DNA of 64,000 nucleotides from Escherichia coli (GTDB taxonomy: Bacteria; Pseudomonadota; Gammaproteobacteria; Enterobacterales; Enterobacteriaceae), in assembly GCF_022846255.1 (NCBI RefSeq), contig NZ_AP025682.1, one strand, 5' to 3'. Positions within the stretch are counted from its first letter, which is position 1; each line of letters begins with the position of its first letter. The position numbers and the translations under genes were made by a program. The notes beneath the pieces were generated by a model that made no database searches, was not told where the DNA came from, and was given only the letters and a program-made list of their open reading frames with translations. Positions 43,987-53,384 of this stretch are shown here, one piece after another.

Positions 43987-44041
43987 ATACTAGATGTAGT
44001 TGAAAAAAGATTCAACCACACAATATATAGCAAATAGTGGT
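43987..44041 (-). promoter_or_regulatory. nrdHIEF promoter region with NrdR-box-like palindromic half-sites
   Basis: acacaatatatagcaa (44026-44041) and atactagatgtagttg (43987-44002) resemble the ACACwATATATwGTGT NrdR consensus; 70-130 bp upstream of nrdH. Confidence 0.5.
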
Positions 44042-44096
44042 CGAAATTACCCTGGGTATGAGCGTGACGGGGTAGGGGGATTTTTGTGATTCACCA

Positions 44097-44128
44097 GGCA
44101 AAAAGAAACCCCGAAGCCAGGCTTCGGG
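44097..44128 (-). terminator. Rho-independent terminator of ygaM
   Basis: Stem ccccgaagc/gcttcgggg with an A-run on the plus strand, giving a T-run on the minus strand. Confidence 0.75.
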
Positions 44129-44160
44129 GTCAAAGACGCGTATTTATTATCATTATTGCA

Positions 44161-44490
44161 CTACGATTTGCGCATGCTTAACAGTGCGCCGATAAAAATA
44201 CCAACCGCAGCTGCTGTACCCACGCTACACCAGGGTCTTTCACGAACAAAAGAATCCGCGCAGCCAACGGCATCACGCGCGGCTTGCTGGACGCGAGTAC
44301 GACCATGCATTCGCGCCCTGGTTTCTTTCAGTAGAGCCTGCGCTTTACTACGAGCGGCTTCGGCTTCCCCTTTGGCGTCGCTGCCCCAGGACTTCAATAC
44401 AGATTCGAGACTGTCAGCTAATTGATTGACATCATTCTGGATATCCTGCACGCCATCATCAACGTCGTTGCGGTTCGGTCGGTTAAACAT
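44161..44490 (-). CDS. ygaM: ElaB/YqjD-family ribosome-associated membrane-anchored protein
   Basis: Start at MFNRPNRNDVDD inside the longer ORF (44161..44502); C-terminal TM anchor. Confidence 0.88.
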   Translation of the reverse strand: MFNRPNRNDVDDGVQDIQNDVNQLADSLESVLKSWGSDAKGEAEAARSKAQALLKETRARMHGRTRVQQAARDAVGCADSFVRERPWCSVGTAAAVGIFIGALLSMRKS

Positions 44491-44641
44491 ATGATCCCCC
44501 ATTAGAATTCGATGTAATTTTCAGTGTAGACCATAATTTTCTTAACTGAGGTTCATCGCGGCTTTATGGACTTTTCTGAAAGCGTTGTGAATGCGCAATC
44601 AGGTAAGGTAGGCCCGCGGTTGATAATAACGAGGATCAAAT

Positions 44642-44986
44642 ATGTATTTACGACCAGACGAGGTGGCGCGCGTACTTGAAAAAGTCGGTTTTACTGTCGA
44701 TGTGGTAACCCAGAAAGCGTATGGTTACCGCCGTGGGGAAAATTATGTCTATGTTAATCGCGAAGCGCGAATGGGACGTACCGCCCTGGTGATTCATCCA
44801 ACATTAAAAGAACGTAGTTCAACACTGGCTGAACCCGCTTCCGATATTAAAACTTGCGATCATTACCAGCAATTTCCGCTCTATTTAGCGGGTGAACGTC
44901 ATGAGCATTACGGTATCCCGCATGGCTTTAGTTCGCGTGTTGCGCTTGAACGTTATTTGAATGGTTTATTTGGCGAAGCCAGTTAA
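44642..44986 (+). CDS. ygaC: Conserved protein of unknown function (DUF2002)
   Basis: 114-aa ORF recognised as the conserved enterobacterial YgaC. Confidence 0.85.
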
Positions 44987-45022
44987 AGACGCGACTGGCG
45001 ATGCCAGTCGCGAAAAGAAGGG

Positions 45023-45472
45023 TCAGGCTTTTACCTGCTGGTAACGGCTGACTTTAAACAGTCGGCGGCAATAATCGAGGAAGTAGCCATAAACCGCCCC
45101 CATCAACATCGAAACAACGATGTTTGAACTGACCGCCGCCATAATCTGATGCCAGTCTGCGCCCACCACTAACAAGATCGCCACATACACCGGTGACTGG
45201 AACGTCACATAAGCCAGGATATCCGCCAGATTTTTTATCCAGCCCGACGGGCTAACTTTGCGTGCCGCGCGCATAAACAGATCGCGGTACATACCGTATG
45301 GCCATGCAATTAAGATGTTCACCGGAATCGCTACCAATCTGGAATAAAAAGACTGTTCGAAGCTCATTCCGGAGAGGAAAACTTCAATACACATGTTCAC
45401 GACAGAACAGTAAACAACCATCGCGAACGTATCTGCAACTGCATGACGCAAGCGTGACTGCGGTGAGAACAT
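45023..45472 (-). CDS. alaE: L-alanine exporter
   Basis: 149 aa small membrane protein (formerly ygaW). Confidence 0.9.
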   Translation of the reverse strand: MFSPQSRLRHAVADTFAMVVYCSVVNMCIEVFLSGMSFEQSFYSRLVAIPVNILIAWPYGMYRDLFMRAARKVSPSGWIKNLADILAYVTFQSPVYVAILLVVGADWHQIMAAVSSNIVVSMLMGAVYGYFLDYCRRLFKVSRYQQVKA

Positions 45473-46139
45473 GCTAATGCTCCTTAATAAAAGCGTAATG
45501 GGATGTTAATGGAGATGAAAGCAGTGGATCTCATTGCCATCTGCATTTTCGCATAGCGTATATCGCTGGCTATGACTAATCAATTAGTGAAAAATTTTTA
45601 TTTAATCTGTTTTTGTAGATAAAATATTCCGTAACGGCGCGTTTTTTGTACATTGTGGATTTTTACATGCCGGTATGATTTATTTTTAATTAAATCAATT
45701 GGATATGTGTTTACCTTTATTTTCACTCATGAAGGTTTGGGGGGGAGGTAACGCTATAAGCGTAGAGAATTCGGTGTATGTAGTGATCGGGTCATTTTCA
45801 GCATTTTTTATGCCAGATAATGTACATTGACAGCAGAAAGCACCAGTGAGTGATGTTTTCTTTTATTCTGTTGAGTTGCATTTTTATTCACTTTGGTTTT
45901 GTCAGGCTTGCGGAATTAGCGAGCAGAGAGCGCCGCTCTGTTCACCAATAACCTAAATTACTCATCAAAATGGCTAATATATAATCTTGAAATTATTCTG
46001 AGAGTTTCAGAAAATAACAGCTGAAATAATCTCGTGCAGGACTGTAAATAGATTAAATTTTGTGGAAATATAATAAGTGATCGCTTACACTACGCGACGA
46101 AATACTTTTTTGTTTTGGCGTTAAAAGGTTTTCTTTATT

Positions 46140-46544
46140 ATGTCCGTAATGTTACAAAGTTTAAATAACATTCGCACCCTCCGTGCGATGGCTCGCGAAT
46201 TCTCCATTGACGTTCTTGAAGAAATGCTCGAAAAATTCAGGGTTGTCACTAAAGAAAGACGTGAAGAAGAAGAACAACAGCAGCGTGAACTGGCAGAGCG
46301 CCAGGAAAAAATTAGCACCTGGCTGGAGCTGATGAAAGCTGACGGAATTAACCCGGAAGAGTTATTGGGTGATAGCTCTGCTGCGGCACCACGCGCTGGT
46401 AAAAAACGCCAGCCGCGTCCGGCGAAATATAAATTCATCGATGTTAACGGTGAAACTAAAACCTGGACCGGTCAGGGCCGTACACCGAAGCCAATCGCTC
46501 AGGCGCTGGCAGAAGGTAAATCTCTCGACGATTTCCTGATCTAA
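46140..46544 (+). CDS. stpA: H-NS paralogue nucleoid protein / RNA chaperone
   Basis: 134 aa [32 protein letters not shown] with C-terminal DNA-binding region; preceded by a 667-bp AT-rich leader. Confidence 0.95.
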   Translation: MSVMLQSLNNIRTLRAMAREFSIDVLEEMLEKFRVVTKERREEEEQQQRELAERQEKISTWLELMKADGINPEELLGDSSAAAPRAGKKRQPRPAKYKFIDVNGETKTWTGQGRTPKPIAQALAEGKSLDDFLI

Positions 46545-46590
46545 TTACTGAGGCCGGATGCCGCTGCTATGGCGCGTCCGGCGTCGCTTC

Positions 46591-47115
46591 TCAAGCTCGT
46601 TGGTTCCACGGCATCTTATCTAACAATCTTGCCATTCCACAAAAACCACTAATTCCTGCAAACAGTAACCCAGCACCAACAAAGCCGCTTAATAAGAAGA
46701 AAACGCTATTTACGGTATAACCCAGTACAACGCCGATTAATATTAAACCACCCGCGGCGATCTGCACCTGGCGCATTAACGGCAAGGGTTGGGATTTATT
46801 TACCGCTACTGGCAATCCTGCTTTTTTCCAGCCATCAATCCCATCTTCGAGTAAAAAGATTTCTGCGGGGGCGGCAATCGCTGCTAATTTATCGGCGTTA
46901 TTACTGGTGCGTTTACCTGCCTGGCAGTGGAATATAATTTGCTCGCGACGTAATTTAGGCGGAAGACCTGACTGTTCCAGTACGGATAATGGAGCCAGAT
47001 CTGCTTCAGGAATATGTTCACGAAGATATTCATCAGCATCACGAATATCGATTAACTTTGCGCCGCGTGCGATTAATTCTTGTGCATCATGCGGCGAAAT
47101 GGTTGTCAAAGCCAT
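46591..47115 (-). CDS. ygaP: Membrane-anchored rhodanese (thiosulfate sulfurtransferase)
   Basis: 174 aa; rhodanese active-site Cys loop (FHCQAGKRT) and C-terminal TM segments. Confidence 0.9.
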   Translation of the reverse strand: MALTTISPHDAQELIARGAKLIDIRDADEYLREHIPEADLAPLSVLEQSGLPPKLRREQIIFHCQAGKRTSNNADKLAAIAAPAEIFLLEDGIDGWKKAGLPVAVNKSQPLPLMRQVQIAAGGLILIGVVLGYTVNSVFFLLSGFVGAGLLFAGISGFCGMARLLDKMPWNQRA

Positions 47116-47124
47116 AGTGACTCC

Positions 47125-47424
47125 TTACGGACAATAGACATTTTTCAGGGTGGCGATAATGGCATTTACCGCCTCATTTTTAATGGAATATAGAATGCGT
47201 TGGGCATCCCGTTGGCTGTCGATAAGCCCTTCGCCCCGCATACGAGCGAGATGCTGTGATGTCGCAGAGGCACTCAGTCCGGTAATGCGCGTCAGCTCTC
47301 CCGCGCTGGTGCCGGGGGAACCGCTAAGCATACACAGAATCAGCAATCGTTTAGGGTGGCTCATTGATTTCAATAAGGCCGCTGCCTGTTCGGCACTGGC
47401 CTGTAATTGTGCGAGTTCAGTCAT
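47125..47424 (-). CDS. ygaV: ArsR/SmtB-family transcriptional repressor
   Basis: 99 aa winged HTH; immediately upstream of ygaP on the same strand (operon). Confidence 0.9.
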   Translation of the reverse strand: MTELAQLQASAEQAAALLKSMSHPKRLLILCMLSGSPGTSAGELTRITGLSASATSQHLARMRGEGLIDSQRDAQRILYSIKNEAVNAIIATLKNVYCP

Positions 47425-47606
47425 AGTTATTTAAGTAATTTCTAAATTAAGTAAACTCTAAACTAAGAGTGCAACATATACCAGCATCAGCAGCGTAAAT
47501 GAGAGTAAAAGCGTAAGCTGAAACTGGCAGGCTCCGATAAAATTACTACGCTTAAGAGATAAAATCTCTTTTTAAACAATGAGTAATTTTCTTATAGGGA
47601 GTACAT

Positions 47607-47765
47607 ATGGGTTTCTGGAGAATCGTCATCACCATCATTCTGCCGCCGCTCGGCGTGCTGCTCGGTAAAGGGTTCGGTTGGGCGTTCATTATTAATATTC
47701 TGCTGACACTGCTTGGCTATATCCCCGGTTTGATTCACGCGTTCTGGGTGCAAACCCGCGATTAA
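47607..47765 (+). CDS. yqaE: Pmp3/UPF0057-family small membrane proteolipid (52 aa)
   Basis: ATG at 47607 preceded by RBS gggag; translates MGFWRIVITIILPPLGVLLGKGFGWAFIINILLTLLGYIPGLIHAFWVQTRD; absent from the supplied ORF track, presumably for being under 60 aa. Confidence 0.88.
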   Translation: MGFWRIVITIILPPLGVLLGKGFGWAFIINILLTLLGYIPGLIHAFWVQTRD

Positions 47766-47848
47766 ACCTGTGCTCACCCCCGCGGCGTTAACGCGCCGCG
47801 TTCCTCTGCTACACTTTCTGAGTGTTTCCGTTAACGAATGAGGTAGCT

Positions 47849-48298
47849 ATGGGTCTGTTCAATTTTGTGAAAGATGCCGGAGAAAAACTCTGGGACGCGG
47901 TTACAGGTCAGCACGATAAAGACGATCAGGCGAAGAAGGTGCAGGAGCATCTGAACAAAACCGGTATACCTGATGCCGATAAAGTGAACATTCAAATTGC
48001 CGACGGCAAAGCGACGGTCACTGGTGACGGCTTAAGTCAGGAGGCGAAGGAGAAAATCCTTGTTGCGGTGGGGAATATTTCCGGTATTGCCAGTGTCGAT
48101 GATCAGGTGAAAACGGCGACACCAGCCACTGCCAGCCAGTTTTATGCCGTTAAGTCTGGCGACACTCTGAGTGCCATTTCCAAACAGGTCTACGGTAACG
48201 CTAATCTGTACAATAAAATCTTCGAAGCGAATAAACCGATGCTAAAAAGCCCGGATAAAATTTACCCGGGGCAAGTGTTGCGTATTCCTGAAGAGTAG
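47849..48298 (+). CDS. kbp: Potassium-binding protein with BON and LysM domains
   Basis: Start at [15 protein letters not shown] inside the longer ORF (47822..48298); C-terminal LysM (also called ygaU). Confidence 0.92.
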   Translation: MGLFNFVKDAGEKLWDAVTGQHDKDDQAKKVQEHLNKTGIPDADKVNIQIADGKATVTGDGLSQEAKEKILVAVGNISGIASVDDQVKTATPATASQFYAVKSGDTLSAISKQVYGNANLYNKIFEANKPMLKSPDKIYPGQVLRIPEE

Positions 48299-48961
48299 TT
48301 AATTGCCAGCCATCGCCTGCTGGATAATGGGAATCGGCGTCAGCAAATGCTGGCGCATTAACTCACTGGCGCGCGCGGCATCCCGCGCCAGCACAGCTTC
48401 GGTTAAAATTTGATGTTGGTTGTGTTTATCTTCCAGCATTTCCACGGAAAGTACCGTTCGCCGCAGCCAGATGAAGCGATAGCGCGCCGCCAGATCAAAC
48501 AACCGTTCACGCATTTGCAGCAAATAGTGAGAACCACAGCCTGTCACAATTGCAGTATGAAACGCCTGATGACGCAGATCCCACTCATCAAGCATTTTCT
48601 CACTGGCGTCACAGGCCTCAAGCTTACTGAGCAGATGCGCCTTCGCAAGAACGTCTGCCTCCCACTCATCACTACCGCGGGCAATCGCCAGGCTTACCAG
48701 CATCGCTTCCATATTGGCACGGGCATCGAAAATATCGAGCAGCTCCTGCTCTGACATAGACGCCACCCGATACCCTTTTTGATTCACCACCGTGACCAGT
48801 CGTTCTGCCACCAGTTGCGAAAGCGCTTCCCGCAACGGCCCAACGCCAAGTGCATAACGCGATGTCAGCAAACTCATCCGTAATTTTTCATCCGGCTGAA
48901 AATTGCCGCGAATAATATCGTTCTTCAGCCAGCGATAGCCATCCAGAGAGGTAATGGTCAT
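48299..48961 (-). CDS. csiR: GntR/FadR-family repressor of the csiD-lhgO-gabDTP operon
   Basis: Start at MTITSLDGYRWL inside the longer ORF (48299..48979). Confidence 0.9.
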   Translation of the reverse strand: MTITSLDGYRWLKNDIIRGNFQPDEKLRMSLLTSRYALGVGPLREALSQLVAERLVTVVNQKGYRVASMSEQELLDIFDARANMEAMLVSLAIARGSDEWEADVLAKAHLLSKLEACDASEKMLDEWDLRHQAFHTAIVTGCGSHYLLQMRERLFDLAARYRFIWLRRTVLSVEMLEDKHNQHQILTEAVLARDAARASELMRQHLLTPIPIIQQAMAGN

Positions 48962-48981
48962 GGTGTGACTCCTGATCATTA

Positions 48982-50382
48982 TCAGCGCGTATTATGAATG
49001 GGTGTTTTTTGCCACATTATCAGCTTTTTCCAGCGAGCCATAATTGGCACGGTACAGATAATCCCAATCGCTAATAAGCCGGTGGAGAGCACTTCTAACT
49101 GTTGCGCCGGGCGGAATAGCATCACTACCAACACAAAGGTAATAAAACCGATTACCAGCCAGGTGAGCCACGGATAAAGCCACATCCGCAGGCGAATTTC
49201 GCTTCCTTCTGCTCGCAGAATTTTGCGCATCCGCAATTGTGAAACGGCGATGACTAAATAAACCAGCAGGGCGATAGCGCCGGAGCTGTCGATCAGAAAT
49301 TTAAACACCTTCGCAGGCGCGTAATAGTTCACCACCACCGTTAAGAATGCCGCGCCGGTGGAGAGTAACACCGCCACGTACGGGGTTTTACTGCGGTTGA
49401 TTTTACCCATTACCGCGGGAGCATCACCGCGACGGCTTAAGGAGTAGAGCATCCTGGAAGCGGTATACAGCGCCGAGTTCAGGCAACTGGTTACGGAAAG
49501 TAATATCACGCAGTCCATGATTAATTTCGCATGAGGAATATTGAGCAATTCCAGAACCGAGCGATAAGAACCAACGGCTTTCAGCCCCGGCATATTCCAC
49601 GGGATTAATGCCACAACGACAAAAATAGAACACAAATAGAAAATAGAGATACGCCAGATAACCGAGTTGGTGGCGCGGACAATATGTTTTTCCGGCGTGT
49701 CGGATTCCGCGGCGGCAATGGTGACAATTTCTGCGCCCATAAACGAGAACATGGTGATCAACATCGCGCTTAATACCGCACCGAAGCCGTTGGGCATAAA
49801 GCCGCCGCTATCCCACAATCTTGAAATACCGCTCACGTCGGCATACGGGTAAAAACCGCTAATTGCGACTGCACCAAGGAAAATAAAGGCCAGGATAGCG
49901 ATGACTTTACACAGCGCCAGCCAGAACTCAAATTCGCCGTAGTTTTTAACGCTTAATAAATTACTGCCGGTTAAGGCGAGGGTAATGACGAGGGAAAATA
50001 ACCAGATGGGAATGCCTGGAACCCACGAGTGCAGGATCATGGCGGCGATGTTGGCTTCAAGTGGGATAACCAGTACCCAAAACCACCAGTACAACCAGCC
50101 GATGGTATAGCCCGCCCAGCGGCCAATGGCTTTATCGGCATAGGTGGAAAACGAACCGGTATCAGGCGTGGCAACTGCCATTTCCGCCAACATCCGCATA
50201 ATCATAACCACCAGTAATCCGGCGAACAGATAGGCCAGTAATACCGCCGGGCCCGCTTCGGCGATGGCGACGCTGGAACCGACAAACAGACTTGCGCCGA
50301 TAACACCGGCAATAGACAACATGGTGACGTGGCGTGACTTCAGCCCGCCGCCTAACTCATGTGGTTGCGATGATTGCCCCAT
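48982..50382 (-). CDS. gabP: Gamma-aminobutyrate permease (APC family)
   Basis: Start at MGQSSQPHELGGGLKSRHV, 21 codons inside the longest ORF (48982..50445). Confidence 0.93.
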   Translation of the reverse strand: MGQSSQPHELGGGLKSRHVTMLSIAGVIGASLFVGSSVAIAEAGPAVLLAYLFAGLLVVMIMRMLAEMAVATPDTGSFSTYADKAIGRWAGYTIGWLYWWFWVLVIPLEANIAAMILHSWVPGIPIWLFSLVITLALTGSNLLSVKNYGEFEFWLALCKVIAILAFIFLGAVAISGFYPYADVSGISRLWDSGGFMPNGFGAVLSAMLITMFSFMGAEIVTIAAAESDTPEKHIVRATNSVIWRISIFYLCSIFVVVALIPWNMPGLKAVGSYRSVLELLNIPHAKLIMDCVILLSVTSCLNSALYTASRMLYSLSRRGDAPAVMGKINRSKTPYVAVLLSTGAAFLTVVVNYYAPAKVFKFLIDSSGAIALLVYLVIAVSQLRMRKILRAEGSEIRLRMWLYPWLTWLVIGFITFVLVVMLFRPAQQLEVLSTGLLAIGIICTVPIMARWKKLIMWQKTPIHNTR

Positions 50383-50479
50383 CCTGAATCCTCTCGAAAG
50401 TGTGTCACTTGGGAGAGCGCCCCGACATTTCCCGCGTCGGGTCACGCGTGTAATTGTTATTGATTCTTTTTACCGGAGA

Positions 50480-50612
50480 GCGGCTCCGCCTTATCCGGCC
50501 GACATAGATTTATTCCTGTTCACATACAGATTGTCGGATGCAGCGTAAACGCTTTATCCGACCTGGATTCGCGTAGGCCGGACAAGACGCGCAGCGTCGC
50601 CTCCGGCATGGG
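50480..50612. repeat. Cluster of REP/BIME palindromic units in the gabT-gabP gap
   Basis: cgccttatccggccgacat, gtcggatgcagcgtaaacgctttatccgacctg and gtaggccggacaagacgcgcagcgtcgcctccggcatg. Confidence 0.75.
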
Positions 50613-50619
50613 TACGGAT

Positions 50620-51900
50620 CTACTGCTTCGCCTCAGCAAAACACTGGCTGATGATCTCCAGACCCTGACGGATCTGAGCGTCTTCAATGGTGAGCGGTAC
50701 AAGGATGCGCAGCACGTTGTTATACGGGCCGCAGGAGAGAAGAATCAGGCCTTTATCGCGGGCACGCGCCACGATCTCGGCGGTGAGTTTGGCGTCCGGT
50801 TTGCTGTGATCGCCATCTTCAAACAGCTCGATGGCAATCATCGCTCCCAGCCCGCGTATATCGCCGATCTCCGGGTGTTTTTCGGCTATCGCCAGCAATC
50901 CGTCTTTCAGCTTATGCCCCAGGTCGTTGGCTTTTTGCAGCAGATTTTCCTGCTCGAATACCTTTAACACTTCCAGCGCTGCCACGCAGGCAATCGGGTT
51001 ACCGGCATAGGTGCCGCCCAGACCGCCTGGAGCGACGGCATCCATCACTTCCGCGCGCCCGGTGACGCCCGCCAGCGGGAAGCCGCCCGCGATCGATTTC
51101 GCAAAGGTGGTAAGATCCGGCGCAACGCCCATTTGCTCCATCGCAAACAGCGTGCCGGTACGCCCTGCGCCGCTCTGCACTTCATCGGCAATCAGCATGA
51201 TCCCGTGCTCGTCACACAGCGCGCGTAAACGCTGCATAAAGGCTGGCGTCGCGGCGTAGAAACCGCCTTCGCCCTGAACCGGCTCAATCACGATGGCGGC
51301 GATATCTTCCGGCGCAGCATCATTTTTAAAAATTCGGTGAATGCTGGCGATAGCGTCATCTTCACTGATGCCGTGCAGCGGGCAAGGATAAAGCGCGCGA
51401 TAAACGTGCCCAGGCATCAGCCCCATGCCCGCAGAGTACGGATTCACCTTGCCGGTCAGCGCCAGCGTGTAATGCGTGCGCCCGTGGTACGCGCCGCTAA
51501 AGGCGATGGTCCCGCTGCGTTTGGTGGCGGCGCGGGCGATTTTCACTGCGTTTTCCACCGCTTCAGAACCCGTGGTGACCAGCAGCGTTTTCTTGGCAAA
51601 ATCGCCCGGCACCTTCTGATTCATAATCTCGCACAGCTCCAGATACGGCTCGTAAGCCAGCACCTGGAAGCAGGTGTGCGACAGTTTTTTCAACTGCGCT
51701 TCCACTGCCGCCACCACTTTCGGATGCAGGTGCCCGGTATTGAGCACCGCAATCCCGCCCGCGAAATCAAGATACTCACGGCCTTCAACGTCCCACACCC
51801 GGCAGTTTTCCGCGCGGTCAGCGAAAATCGGGTGAATTTGCCCAACGCCACGGGGAATCGCCTGACTGCGGCGCTGCATTAACTCTTTATTGCTGCTCAT
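50620..51900 (-). CDS. gabT: 4-aminobutyrate aminotransferase (PLP-dependent)
   Basis: Class-III aminotransferase; start taken at the second Met (MSSNKELMQ); the longest ORF starts at 51906. Confidence 0.94.
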   Translation of the reverse strand: MSSNKELMQRRSQAIPRGVGQIHPIFADRAENCRVWDVEGREYLDFAGGIAVLNTGHLHPKVVAAVEAQLKKLSHTCFQVLAYEPYLELCEIMNQKVPGDFAKKTLLVTTGSEAVENAVKIARAATKRSGTIAFSGAYHGRTHYTLALTGKVNPYSAGMGLMPGHVYRALYPCPLHGISEDDAIASIHRIFKNDAAPEDIAAIVIEPVQGEGGFYAATPAFMQRLRALCDEHGIMLIADEVQSGAGRTGTLFAMEQMGVAPDLTTFAKSIAGGFPLAGVTGRAEVMDAVAPGGLGGTYAGNPIACVAALEVLKVFEQENLLQKANDLGHKLKDGLLAIAEKHPEIGDIRGLGAMIAIELFEDGDHSKPDAKLTAEIVARARDKGLILLSCGPYNNVLRILVPLTIEDAQIRQGLEIISQCFAEAKQ

Positions 51901-51913
51901 TCGCATTCTCCAG

Positions 51914-53362
51914 TTAAAGACCGATGCACATATATTTGATTTCTAAGTAATCTTCGATGCCATACTTCGAACCTTCACGACCCAGACCCGAGGCTTTAAT
52001 GCCGCCAAACGGGGCCACTTCATTGGAAATAATGCCGGTGTTGATGCCGATGATGCCGTACTCCAGTGCTTCGCCCACGCGGAAGACGCGGCTTAAATCA
52101 CGGGCGTAGAAATAGGCTGCAAGGCCAAATTCGGTGTCATTGGCTTGCGCAATCACATCGGCTTCATCTTTAAAACGGAACAGCGGGGCGAGGGGGCCAA
52201 ACGTCTCTTCTTTCGACACTTTGGCGTTAGCCGGAACGTCCACCAGAATGGTCGGCTGGAAGAAGTTACCGCCGCGTTCATGTGCTTTACCGCCGCAAAC
52301 CACGCGCGCGCCTTTCTCCAGCGCATCGGCAATATGCTCTTCCACTTTTGCTACCGCTTTTTCATCGATCAGCGGCCCGATGGTGACGCCTTTCTCCAGC
52401 CCGTTGCCGATGTGCAGTTTGCTCACCGCCTGCTGCAATTTTTCGGCAAAGCGGTCATACACGCCGTTCTGCACATACAGGCGGTTGGCGCAGACGCAGG
52501 TTTGCCCGGCGTTACGGAATTTCGAGGCCAGCGCGCCTTCCACGGCTTTATCGAGATCGGCATCGTCAAAGACAATAAACGGTGCGTTGCCGCCCAGCTC
52601 CAGCGACACTTTTTTGATGTCTTTCGCGCACTGTTCCATTAACTGACGGCCAATTTCGGTCGAGCCGGTAAACGACAGCTTGCGCACCAGCGGGTTGCTG
52701 GTCAGTTCGTTACCGACCGCGCCCGCCGAACCGGTGACTACGTTAAACACGCCAGCCGGAACGCCCGCGCGAATCGCCAGTTCTGCCAGCGCCAGCGCAG
52801 AGAACGGCGTCTGACTGGCGGGCTTCAGCACCATCGTGCAGCCTGCCGCCAGCGCCGGACCGGCTTTACGGGTAATCATCGCCGCCGGGAAGTTCCACGG
52901 CGTGATAGCCGCGGTGACGCCAATCGGCTGCTTGATAACAATCAGGCGTTTATCGGCCTGATGACCGGGAATGGTGTCGCCATAAATACGTTTGCCTTCT
53001 TCAGCAAACCACTCAATAAAGGAAGCGGCGTAGCTGATTTCGCCTTTCGCTTCAGTCAATGGTTTGCCCTGTTCGAGGGTCATCAGGCGCGCTAAATCGT
53101 CCTGATGCTCCATCATTAAATTGAACCAGTTGCGCAGAATGTTGGCGCGTTCTTTGGCAGTGAGCGCACGCCAGGCGGGCAGGGCGCGGTTGGCGGCGTC
53201 GATAGCGGCGCGGGTTTCATCAGCGCCCATTTTCGGCACGCTACCCAGCTTGTCGCCGTTCGCCGGATTGGTGACGTCGATGACCTCGCCATTGTTGGCG
53301 TCCAGCCATTCCCCGTTAATCAACGCCTGCTGGCGGAATAAGTTACTGTCGTTAAGTTTCAT
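51914..53362 (-). CDS. gabD: Succinate-semialdehyde dehydrogenase (NADP+)
   Basis: 482 aa aldehyde dehydrogenase with catalytic Cys/Glu motifs (ELGGNAP; FRNAGQTCVCANR). Confidence 0.95.
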   Translation of the reverse strand: MKLNDSNLFRQQALINGEWLDANNGEVIDVTNPANGDKLGSVPKMGADETRAAIDAANRALPAWRALTAKERANILRNWFNLMMEHQDDLARLMTLEQGKPLTEAKGEISYAASFIEWFAEEGKRIYGDTIPGHQADKRLIVIKQPIGVTAAITPWNFPAAMITRKAGPALAAGCTMVLKPASQTPFSALALAELAIRAGVPAGVFNVVTGSAGAVGNELTSNPLVRKLSFTGSTEIGRQLMEQCAKDIKKVSLELGGNAPFIVFDDADLDKAVEGALASKFRNAGQTCVCANRLYVQNGVYDRFAEKLQQAVSKLHIGNGLEKGVTIGPLIDEKAVAKVEEHIADALEKGARVVCGGKAHERGGNFFQPTILVDVPANAKVSKEETFGPLAPLFRFKDEADVIAQANDTEFGLAAYFYARDLSRVFRVGEALEYGIIGINTGIISNEVAPFGGIKASGLGREGSKYGIEDYLEIKYMCIGL

Positions 53363-53384
53363 CGCTACATCCTGTTTTCAAAGG

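Noticed and set aside
52134-52646. Two overlapping plus-strand ORFs of about 165-170 aa
   Set aside because: Antisense to gabD.
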